Origin: Vulcanimicrobiota bacterium
GTDB taxonomy: Bacteria; Vulcanimicrobiota; Vulcanimicrobiia; Vulcanimicrobiales; Vulcanimicrobiaceae
Length of the DNA: 64,000 nucleotides
Direction of reading: 5' to 3'
Assembly (NCBI GenBank): GCA_963786105.1
Contig: CAWAXX010000024.1
Location: forward strand, 1 to 64,000
Both the position numbers and the translations under genes were made by a program. The notes under the pieces are model-generated. The model ran no database searches. It worked only from the letters and a program-made list of their open reading frames with translations, and was not told the DNA's origin. Of the stretch, positions 53,525-62,985 are shown piece after piece. Every line of letters begins with the position of its first letter. The first letter of the stretch is position 1.

Positions 53525-54595
53525 TTAGTCAACCGAAACGGAATACAACCTGATGTTTCGTTCGCCTGTTAGTTTGCGAGCTTGCAGCAGTGCATCGCGA
53601 AAGAGAGAGCGGTCCTCTTCCGTTTTCATCAAGTTCTCTTCCCTATAGTAATCGAAATAGGAGCGCCACTGCTCGCGCGTTGGCGCGTTCAGTCGAGATA
53701 TATACATTGACGCAAACTTGAGTTCGGCGGCACGCTCAATGACGGCGGGTAGTTCTCCAATATTCGACCTGCTTGCAACGAAATACCAGCCTATTAAGGG
53801 GAGTTCGGAGCCGGCTTCAGACTTCGCCTGGTTCAGACCGTTCAGATTACTCATCAATCTTTCAAGGGTGCCGTTCTTGTGCAACTTTTTATATAAGTCG
53901 CTATCAATGCTGTCGATTGAAAACATGATTTGATCAACGCCTAATTCGACCAAAGCCTTACTCTTCTGTTGGGTCAGTAGTTGCCCTGTCGTGTTGAACG
54001 TGAATCTGCATTTATTCTCTTTAATGATTTTTGCAAAGGTCATAAAGTTCTTGTTGAGCATCGATTCGCCGTTCTCATGCCCGACGACCAGCATAGCGGT
54101 GCGCAGGAGCGGAATGATTGTTTCAAACGTTTCCATTGACATGTGGCCCAGCTGATACTGCATATTGCTGTGATAGACAAAGCATTTGGTACAGCGCATG
54201 TGGCATTCGGAGCTCAAGTCTAAAACTAATGCGACGGGCTTACTCCCAAGTGTTTCTTTTCTTTTTTCGTATTCCCCAAGCGCGTAATAATAATTATCGA
54301 TCTTGTCAACCTCGAAAGCTTCAAGACCATCGGCGAGCGGGGTTAAGTGATCTATGATTCGCGTTCGGTCGTTGTGGCACGCGGTGCAGGCGACACCGAG
54401 GTTCTCTTCGCTGCGGACCTGTGATCGAACCGCGGCGAACGATGGGCCGTTCCAGAACGTTTCCAGATCCACACCCTCGATAGGGCCAAGATTTTGAGGC
54501 CCTCGAATACAGGGTCTCGTAAGTTTCCCGTCCCATTGGATGTAAAGAGTGCTCCAAGGTTGGCTGCAAAAAGGCAGTGCGCGCTCACCTTCCAC
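53525..54595 (-). CDS. Radical SAM protein with N-terminal SPASM/twitch-like domain
   Basis: CSQPW..PC..WNG..CTAC precedes CHMRCTKC (CxxxCxxC), FNTTG, FSIDS; visibly AT-richer than flanks. Confidence 0.85.
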   Translation of the reverse strand: MEGERALPFCSQPWSTLYIQWDGKLTRPCIRGPQNLGPIEGVDLETFWNGPSFAAVRSQVRSEENLGVACTACHNDRTRIIDHLTPLADGLEAFEVDKIDNYYYALGEYEKRKETLGSKPVALVLDLSSECHMRCTKCFVYHSNMQYQLGHMSMETFETIIPLLRTAMLVVGHENGESMLNKNFMTFAKIIKENKCRFTFNTTGQLLTQQKSKALVELGVDQIMFSIDSIDSDLYKKLHKNGTLERLMSNLNGLNQAKSEAGSELPLIGWYFVASRSNIGELPAVIERAAELKFASMYISRLNAPTREQWRSYFDYYREENLMKTEEDRSLFRDALLQARKLTGERNIRLYSVSVD

Positions 54596-55317
54596 GTTCG
54601 CCTCCAGATCTAATGGATGGGGCAATAAAAGTGATCGTAAACACATCCGGGGCGTTACGGAGACCTCCGGTCAGCCGATCCAAGGGCGCTTTCCGAACGC
54701 GCGAAAGAAGCCGGCCAAACGTTCGGGGCTCCTCGAAGTCGCGCTGCCCAAGGGCATCGAGCTCAAGCCTCTGAGGATCCGACCATTGATCTGGTGGCGC
54801 AGCAAATGGCTGTGATCGCAGCACGTGCATGGCTCGCGACGAGCGCGGTGCCTAGACGAACCCTGCGGCAAGATGTCGTCGAAGTCGCGTGCGGATCACA
54901 CGCCGGCTTATGCTGGAGAAATCTGGACGCGCGTATCGTCGATCTACCCGCGCACAACTGCTTTGCGCTCGATCGGCCTCCGCGCGCGGAGATCTACATT
55001 CCGACGCCGCTGGCGTGCCTCAACTCACCCCATCCCACAATTGCCGGCGGCTTAACAAATGGGCTCAAACCCGAATGAGCGGCGTGATGAATCGTGACGG
55101 TCACTATAGACGTTCCCAGGCCAGCTTTGGCTTCTGAACGGTCGATTCTGGTTTGCCCAGAATGGGTGGCCAAAAGAGTGTTTTCGCCATCCCGCGCACT
55201 GCAGGGAACAATGCTGGGGGCAAGGTGGAAAATGCTCGCCGATCAATTTGGGAGACGAGCTCACCGCGCATCTGGAACAAAGCCGGGAAACAGACCGCTT
55301 GTAAAAAAATCATAACA

Positions 55318-56117
55318 ATGATGACAGTGATTGATCAACGCTCCCTAGACAAGATTCGACGGCTGGCTATCATCAGCAGCGCCGAGGTACATCTTGACTG
55401 TGCTTTTGGTCGACATGCAGCGGAAAAGCGGCTTCATAACCGGCGTTTTAGAGTTGCGGAACGCTGCCAGGGAGTCTTCCGCGGAAGTATTACGCGCGTG
55501 TCGTCGGAGCGGGTGCGTCCAGGGCTGGTCAGTCCCGGTATTGGGCGTCGACGCCTTCATTGCCAGGATCGGAGAGAGGCTGACCGGCGTGGATCGAGAC
55601 CGCGCTGAGCGCCAAATCCACGACGCGATCTCTTCGGTCACCGGGGAACCCAGTCAGGCGACGCTGGATCGCGGCCTATACCAGGGACGTAAATTTTGGA
55701 GTCCTGGCCGACTTCGCGCCCGAAGGCTTTAGTTTTGTCAGCGTAGATGCCGGACACGACGCGGGTGATATCGTTACCGATATGGCAATCGCTAACCGCG
55801 TCCTATCTGCGAGGGGAATAGTGGCCGTTGATGATGTCTACAGTGAAGCCATTCCAGGCGTCGCAGAGGGATTCTTTAAATATTTTCATTGCGCCCCAGA
55901 AGCGGATCTGGTTCCTTTTGCTACAGGCGGCAACAAGGTATTCATGTGCCGGCGAAATCAGAGTGAATCTTACTTCAGATTTGCACTATCGGTAGCCGAA
56001 CGCGCCGAGCTCAGCTTTCCAGCGATAGCAGGAACAACGGCGCGACTGCGTGAGAATTCGGTGATCGGGTGGGCTCCGCGTCTGCTTAATGCCGAAGTCA
56101 TACCCTTTATAGCGTAA
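55318..56117 (+). CDS. Class I SAM methyltransferase (Methyltransf_24-like), frameshifted
   Basis: GVDAF, FSFVSVDAGH, GIVAVDD, PGVAEG, LVPFA.GGNKVF. Confidence 0.7.
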
Positions 56118-56334
56118 TCCATCGCCTTTGACTTCGAAAGGATCGTCGCCGCAGGAATGAATGCGCGACCAGAAAAGTGCGTCGCTTCAGGTGCCCCCGC
56201 CTGGACGGTAATAAACCTAGACGGAATAGCGCAGTCACCATTGCATGGTCTCGGGCGCTCGCGTGCTGCACATGGAGATTAGAGGGGATAACTGCCTTCC
56301 TTCCAAAGCCAAGTTAGCACGGGGAGGTACGGAC

Positions 56335-57694
56335 ATGTACGTCAAGCTATCGGGTTTTGCGATGTGCACTCTTCTAATCATCGCGTCCGGTGGATGCTCC
56401 TCGCCTGGCTCCGCGACAGGTCCAGTCGCGGACAGCGTAAAGCGCGCAAAGCTCTTCGATAATATTCATGTCGCGTCAAGTAGCAAGATCCAGCACATTG
56501 TCATCATCGTCCAGGAGAACCGCAGCTTCGACAACATCTTCGCTGGGTTTGCGGGGGCCGATGCACCAACATACGGGTACGAGCACGATGGAACGCAGGT
56601 ACCCCTAAGCGCAGTAAGTTTCAAGGGTCCCGATTTAGAACACAGCTACAAAGCGGCAATCGTCGATTGGGCCAGTGGACAAATGAATGGATTCGACCTG
56701 AGCAGCCCAAGCTCACCAACCTATCCCTATTCCTTCGTGACTCGCTCGGACGTTAACCCGTATTGGTCCATGGCGAAGCAGTATGTTCTTGCCGATCGTA
56801 TGTTCCCGACAGAATTCGGAGGAAGTTTTGCTGCGCACTTAAATCTCATCGCCGGGACGGATAAGCTGAGCTCGACACTCGCTGAAGCCGATAACCCTAA
56901 CAATGCGCCTTGGGGCTGCGACGCTCCCAGCCGCACCACCACGACGACGGTTGACTCGAGTCGAAAAGTACACAATGACGGGCCGTTCCCGTGCTTTACG
57001 CAGTTCCAGACGATGGCAGACACGCTCGACGCGGCCGGTGTCACATGGAAGTACTATGCACCGCAAACCATCGACTGTCCGAAACGATGCGACGGCGGCG
57101 GACTAATTTGGTCGGAGTTCGATGCAATTAGCAACGTGCGAAACGGTCCAGATTGGCAGCGCGACGTAATCTATCCGCAAACGACGGTACTTGACGACGC
57201 TCAGAATGGTACCTTGGCGTCAGTTTCGTGGGTAATGCCAGACTGGAAAGACTCAGATCATACGGGAACAAACAGCGACTACCGGACCATCATGGGTGGC
57301 GGCGGTCGTCAATGCCGTTGGCAAATCTCAATACTGGAATTCAACTGCAATCATAGTGCTTTGGGACGACTGGGGCGGCTGGTACGACGATGCATCGCCG
57401 CCTCAGCTGGACTTTTTAGGATTGGCGATCCGGGTGCCGTGCATCATTATCTCGCCGTACGCCAAAGCGCACTATGTTTCTCACACACAGTACGAGTTTG
57501 GAAGCGTTCTGAAGTTCACGGAAGAAAGCTTCAATCTTGCGTCGCTCGGTTATACCGATGAGCGTGCAGTTAGCATCGCTGACAGCTTTAATTTTAAACA
57601 GAGGCCGCGCGCCTTCGTGCCTATTAAGTCGAAGTATCCTCCGCCACATTTCCTGCACGAACGCCCGTCGCTCAGGGCGCCCGATAACGAGTAA
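56335..57694 (+). CDS. Phosphoesterase lipoprotein, paralog 5 (frameshift near 57282)
   Basis: GGGGAGG SD, lipobox-like [31 protein letters not shown], ends APDNE. Confidence 0.88.
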
Positions 57695-57753
57695 AGTCTA
57701 CCGGAAACGGCTCGCGCGGCAGCCTGCGAGAGCTAGCCCGTCCGCGGACTCAC

Positions 57754-59124
57754 TCACGTATCGGGAGGGCGTGGGTCGAACGGTTCGTTCAAGAAATAGG
57801 CCTGTTTAAAGTAGGTGGGTATCGGCGAAAATGGGCGCGGAGATTGCGAAAAATCGAAACAATCCTTGAAGCCGTTCGCGCGCGAGTCGCTACTCGCGAG
57901 CGGGGCGAGCCCAAACCGATTTTCGATAAACTTTAGAATGCTGCCGAATTCATATTGTACGTGAGAAACATAGCTTTTCTTGGCAAAAGGTGAGATGACG
58001 ATTAACGGAACGCGCACACCGAGCCCGTCGTAATCGGCGAAGGGAGGTGGCACGTGGTCGTACCATCCCCCGTAGTCGTCCCACGTCACGAAGATCGCCG
58101 TAGAGTCCCAGTATTTGGATTGACCAATCGCGTTGACGAGCGATGCGACCCAGTGTGGCCCGTGAACGGAGCCGCACGTCCCGGCGTGATCGGAGTTCAG
58201 GCACGTTGGGGTCACCCAACTTACTGACGGCAAAGCCCCATTCTTAACATCGTCAAAAAATTTCGTTTGGGGACCTACAATATGCGTCTTCCAGTCGGGA
58301 CCAAAACGAATGTGTTGAACTGCCTGATAAGCGTCCCATCCATTGCCGCTACCCGTCAGAGTGGCCGTGTAGTATTTCCACGAAACGCTAGCCGCATCCA
58401 TTTCGTCGCCCAGTGTTGTGTAGTTGAAACATGGCCGGATGAATTTGCCGGAAAGCTGTCGCTTCTGGGTGAACGTCTCAATTGTATCGTACTTATTCCC
58501 ATCGCAACCCCAGACGTTCTTCGGGTAGTTCACGGTGGAGTCTGCTTGAGCAGCGATCAGGTATTGATGCGCAACAAAACTGCTAGCATCGATGTTAGAC
58601 GCAAACATTTCATCGGCCAAAACATATTGTTTTGCCATTGCGAAATACGGCTGCGTGTCGCCCTTCTGTACGTAGCTATACACTGGGTACTGATTTGGGC
58701 ACGGCGGCGCGCCGCTTTTCCCGCAGCCGTACCACTCCTTATCGAAGCCGTCCATCTTGCACTTCGAACCCGGAAGGCTCCCCTGCCCGTCACAGGCCTG
58801 TAAGAAACCATTCCAGGTGTGGGCCACATCCCACCGGCCCCCAAGCCCAATGGGTTGAAGCGTTACCTTTTTGCCCGTGGACGTGTAGCCGTACGATTGA
58901 GTATCGGCGCCGGGAAAACCCTGGAAAAGAGTGTCGAAGCTTCGATTTTCTTGAATGATGACGACGATATGTTTGATTTTGTAGAAAGGGTTGGCCGCTT
59001 GGCCAGCAGGTATTATTTCTGGCGGCATGCCCGGCATCCGGCCGAGCGAAGCGGGCTGCGCGCATGCCGAAACGGCTAAGGCGAGCAGAGCTATAAGGGA
59101 CGCCCGCCGATAGTTTTCTCGCAT
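57754..59124 (-). CDS. Phosphoesterase lipoprotein, paralog 6
   Basis: Lipobox [30 protein letters not shown]. Confidence 0.9.
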   Translation of the reverse strand: MRENYRRASLIALLALAVSACAQPASLGRMPGMPPEIIPAGQAANPFYKIKHIVVIIQENRSFDTLFQGFPGADTQSYGYTSTGKKVTLQPIGLGGRWDVAHTWNGFLQACDGQGSLPGSKCKMDGFDKEWYGCGKSGAPPCPNQYPVYSYVQKGDTQPYFAMAKQYVLADEMFASNIDASSFVAHQYLIAAQADSTVNYPKNVWGCDGNKYDTIETFTQKRQLSGKFIRPCFNYTTLGDEMDAASVSWKYYTATLTGSGNGWDAYQAVQHIRFGPDWKTHIVGPQTKFFDDVKNGALPSVSWVTPTCLNSDHAGTCGSVHGPHWVASLVNAIGQSKYWDSTAIFVTWDDYGGWYDHVPPPFADYDGLGVRVPLIVISPFAKKSYVSHVQYEFGSILKFIENRFGLAPLASSDSRANGFKDCFDFSQSPRPFSPIPTYFKQAYFLNEPFDPRPPDT

Positions 59125-59277
59125 GAACACACCCCCAAATCGCTGGTCCGCCGACGCTTCTAGGGTGCGGCGCGGCTTCCTTTCTCTCATCGTCGATGCA
59201 ACTTGCTCACGATTGCTTTGAGGAGAGCCGACTTACGCACGAAAAGAAACGGGCAGGTCGCCGGATAGCCGGCGGAA

Positions 59278-59765
59278 TCGCTCATGAACGAGATGGACAC
59301 CGCCGGCGTTACGTGGAGTACTACCAAGACTCGCGGGCCCCGGGCTGTGGCACGGCGTCGACGCGATCTACTCCATCTGGTCGAACCCCGCGAGATGTCT
59401 GCAAACGTCGTCACGCCGCCTTCGCAAGTGCTGACGGACGTCGCCAACGGAAATCTCGCCGACGTCGTCTGGGTGATGCCGACCGGAAGGCTTCCGACCA
59501 TGCTGGAAGCACCGATGGCTCCGGGCATCGTGGTCGGCTCGGTGGTCAATGCGATCGGAGGGAGCCAGTACTGGGGCAACACGGCGATTTTCATAACGTG
59601 GACGACTGGGCGGATGGTACGACCACGTTGCGCCGCCGATCTACAACTCGTTCGAGCTGAGTTTTCGCGTGCCGCTGATCGTCGTCTCGCCGTATACCAA
59701 GGCTGCCCACGTCTCACACGTGCAGCACGAGTTCGGCAGCATTTTGAAGTTTACCGAAGAGGTTC
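59278..59765 (+). pseudogene. Internal fragment of phosphoesterase paralog 7, both ends missing, many indels
   Basis: [59 protein letters not shown] then unrelated sequence. Confidence 0.75.
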
Positions 59766-59813
59766 GGGGCCCTTGTCCCGTTTGCGCCCACGCTCGACCA
59801 CTCACGGGCGGAT

Positions 59814-62514
59814 TCACATCCCGCGAAGTCGGTCGAACCAGCTCTTCAGCTTCCAATAGGAGCTCGACTTTACGGTTTCGATAAACATCGACATGCGGGC
59901 GTTATCGGTTTGCGTGGTCGCGCACAATAATTGAGTCTTCATGAGGCGCTCTTCAATTTCGGCGAGACTCTGCTGCAGCGCCGCATTCGATCGCTTCTCC
60001 TCGGTTAGCTTGTCTTCAAGCTGAGCCTCCTGCCGAGCCGCGCGAGTAACCTGATCCTCTAGTTGTGCCGCCGTACGTTGCAGAGCATCGGCGGCTTCAA
60101 CATCGCGCTGCTTTGCAAGTGCGTTGGCCTTTGCGAACTCTTCCTCATGTTCTTGCGAAATCCGACGTGCTTCTGTCAGGTCTATTTCTAGCCGTTTTGC
60201 ATACTCGCCGATCCGTGAGATTTCTTCCTGAAGGGCATGCTTTCTCAAATTGACATCGGCAATATCGTATTCGAGCTGTTTCGCTCGCCGAGATGCTTCC
60301 GCGTAGTCTGTTTCCAGTAGCTTTGCATGCGAACTTACGTCCGAGACTTCTTCCTGAAGTGTGCCTTCTCTCGTAGCGGCGTCGGCGAGATCCATTTCCA
60401 GTTGCTTCGCGTGCTCGCGAATGCTTGAAATCTCTTCTTGAAGTGCAAGTTCCCTTGCCGCGGCATCGCCAAGGTCGCTTTCGAGGTGCTTCTCACGTTC
60501 GCGAGCGTCTGAAAGCTCCTCTTGAAGCGCTTGCGCGTGCCTAAGAGTGGTTGATAGATCCACGTCCAGGCGTTTTGCCCGATCGTCGCTGGCGGATGCC
60601 TGCTCGCTGACGCGCGAAAGTTGTTCTTCGAGAGCTCGATGCGCCTCGGTAGACCGAGCGAGGTAATCTTCGAGCCGTCTGGTTTGTTGAACCAGCTGTG
60701 AAACCTGGGTCTCCAGGAATTCCACCTGCTTTTCCGACGTGACCGCTCTCACCATAACGATGGGAAGTTCGGCGGCCTGAGATTCGAGCGTAGCGATCTG
60801 GGTCGACTGGGATTCGGTTCGCTCTTTGGCAGCGTTAAGCTCGGCACGCGTAAAATCGAGCGTTTCACGTAAGACGGTAACGGTTCGATCCGCGTCGCGC
60901 TGTCTGATCGCGAATTCGTCGTTCGCCCGGTAGAGCGCCCTCTTGGCTTCGTGCAGCTCCGCCTGCGCTTCGTCGAATCGCGACTGCACGCCGGTCCGAG
61001 CTGCGTCCAACTCGGTAATGCGAGCGTACATTACGGCGGCATTCGATTTGAGGTCCGCGATCGCGGCGTTACTTTGTGCCAATGAACTCCGCGCGTTAAG
61101 GAATAGCAGCCTCGTCAGAGCTTCGCTTGCTTGGAGGTTGGCGATGTTGCCGGCGCGTTGTTCCAAGACGACGCAGGCGTCCTCGAGCTGCGCTTGCAAG
61201 ATCGATCGCGCCAGCTCGAGTTTGGTTATCACGGCCGACCGCCGCCCCAGCACTGCGTGCGCGGCTTCAAGTTGGAGCCGAGTCGCTTCCTGTGCGGTCG
61301 CGACCTCGCCGAGTGCGGACTGTATTTTCGCGACGTGCACGGCGCGCCGCTCGAGCTGAGCGCGCGCCGAATCGAGCTTTGTCTGCGTGCTTTCTAGCTC
61401 TTTTGCTCGGCCGCTCAGGGTGCTCCGGAGCTCGTCGTTTTCGCGTTGTGTTGCGTCGCTCGCTTCCTCGAGCTGGGTGATGCGCGCAACCATGTCGCCG
61501 CGTCGCGCCTCGAGTTCCTCGACCAGCGCGGTTCGTTCGTCTAGGATGACCTGGAGCTCGCCTTCGCGTGCCTGGGCAGCCCGCTCGATTTCCTCGAGTT
61601 GCGTAATGCGGGCGACCATGTCACCCCGCCGCGCTTCGAGTTCGTCGATTCGTTGTCGCAGGCCGTCCGCCTCGATCTGCGCGCGCGCAGCGGTGGCGGC
61701 ATTCTGTGCGGCCTGCCGGCGCGTGCCCTCGAGTTCCGCCAGTAAGCCGGCGTGTTGTTCGTCGGTAACGGTTGCGTCTCGAGAGCCCGTTTCAGCTGAC
61801 TCGGCCGCCTCGAGTTCGGCGATCCGTGCCGACATCGCGACGACGCGTGACTTCAAATCGGCGAGCCTATTCTCGGCGGCAAGTTTTCCTGCATTGGCTT
61901 CTAGCAGTGAATGGTCGAGCATGGTGTCTTCTCCTCCGATGAGTGCTAGGCGCGCGTCGTCCTTCATGGGGACGGCCTTGACGACGAATTGGAGCGTTTG
62001 CGAATCCGTATCAGCCTCAACTTCACCCAGCGTGGCATGCGTGACGCGCTCGACCGCCTCGATCTGGTAGCCTGCGCGCAGGAAGAGCACGTAGGCGTCC
62101 TCGAGCGAGACTTCGGCGCTTGGTAGCCAACCCACCGTGCATCCGCCGGGTCGAAGCAACTCGCGGGAATTTCCGAGAACGCGCCAGGGCTCGCGCAGCG
62201 ATGAATGCGTCGCGTCGAAAACGACGGCGTCGAAATGCTAGATCCGGAAGCAGCTCGGTCAAAGAGATCTCGTCGAGATCGGCGATCGCGACGGTCGAGG
62301 AGTGCACGCGGGCTTCGTCGCCATTCGTGCCGGAAGGCAAGGCAAAGGCGAGCGTGCATCCGCGAGCCTCTAATAGCTGGGGCAGCGACGATGCCGTGCC
62401 GCCGACGAATAGTATGTGCTCGGCCTCGCCCAGCAAGCGAGCTGTTCTCATGGCGGCGGAGTTCGACTCGCCGCCAACGGCGGCGTTCTCAGCTATGGCC
62501 CTGAGGATCGCCAT
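59814..62514 (-). CDS. Degenerate methyltransferase fold plus very long coiled coil and amphipathic tail (paralog C, about 899 aa; one frameshift near 62235)
   Basis: ADLDEISL.ELL, SRELL, LFLRAGY.I..V.RVT, DSQTLQFVVKA shared with paralog A; motif I reads ILFVGGTAS; tail SSSYWKLKSWFDRLR. Confidence 0.82.
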
Positions 62515-62523
62515 CCGCCGCTC

Positions 62524-62985
62524 CTAGGATTTACAACGGCCGGTAAATTTTTTGCCCGCCATGACTTGGTCGTCAGTGGCGACATCGATGACGTTCTCGT
62601 CGGTTGAAGTTAGCAAACAGGCGGTTCCGTTGCTGACTTTCATAATGAAATCATCGCCGTGCCGGTGATAGTAGCCGTCGGGCCAAGGACACGCCGGAGC
62701 GAACGGCTTGCCGTTCAAGAAGTCCACCGAATCGCTGACGACGTGAACGCTCTTATGGGTTGCGCCTAAGGCCTTGAGATGCGCTTCGGAGAGAACGGCG
62801 CAGATCTTTCCGTCGAGTACGCGGTAGACGGTCGGGTGATCCACGTTGCGATAGAAGCCGGATTCCAGCTGCGAACCGGATGTAACATCGGTAGCATCGG
62901 GGACGGCCGCAACTCCGCCGCCGGTTGCTATACCCGCGAATGCCAACGCTAATGCGGACGAGCATAAGCGGGCGGATCTATTCAT
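62524..62985 (-). CDS. Secreted hypothetical protein with two internal Cys-containing repeats
   Basis: Signal peptide; GFYR..VY.V..GKIC..GKPFAPAC and GYYH..MKV.NGTAC..GKKFTGRC. Confidence 0.65.
   Translation of the reverse strand: MNRSARLCSSALALAFAGIATGGGVAAVPDATDVTSGSQLESGFYRNVDHPTVYRVLDGKICAVLSEAHLKALGATHKSVHVVSDSVDFLNGKPFAPACPWPDGYYHRHGDDFIMKVSNGTACLLTSTDENVIDVATDDQVMAGKKFTGRCKS

Noticed and set aside
54650..55310. Possible gene or mobile-element relic between radical SAM and MTase genes
   Set aside because: Short ORFs on both strands with no motif or terminal repeats that I can recognise
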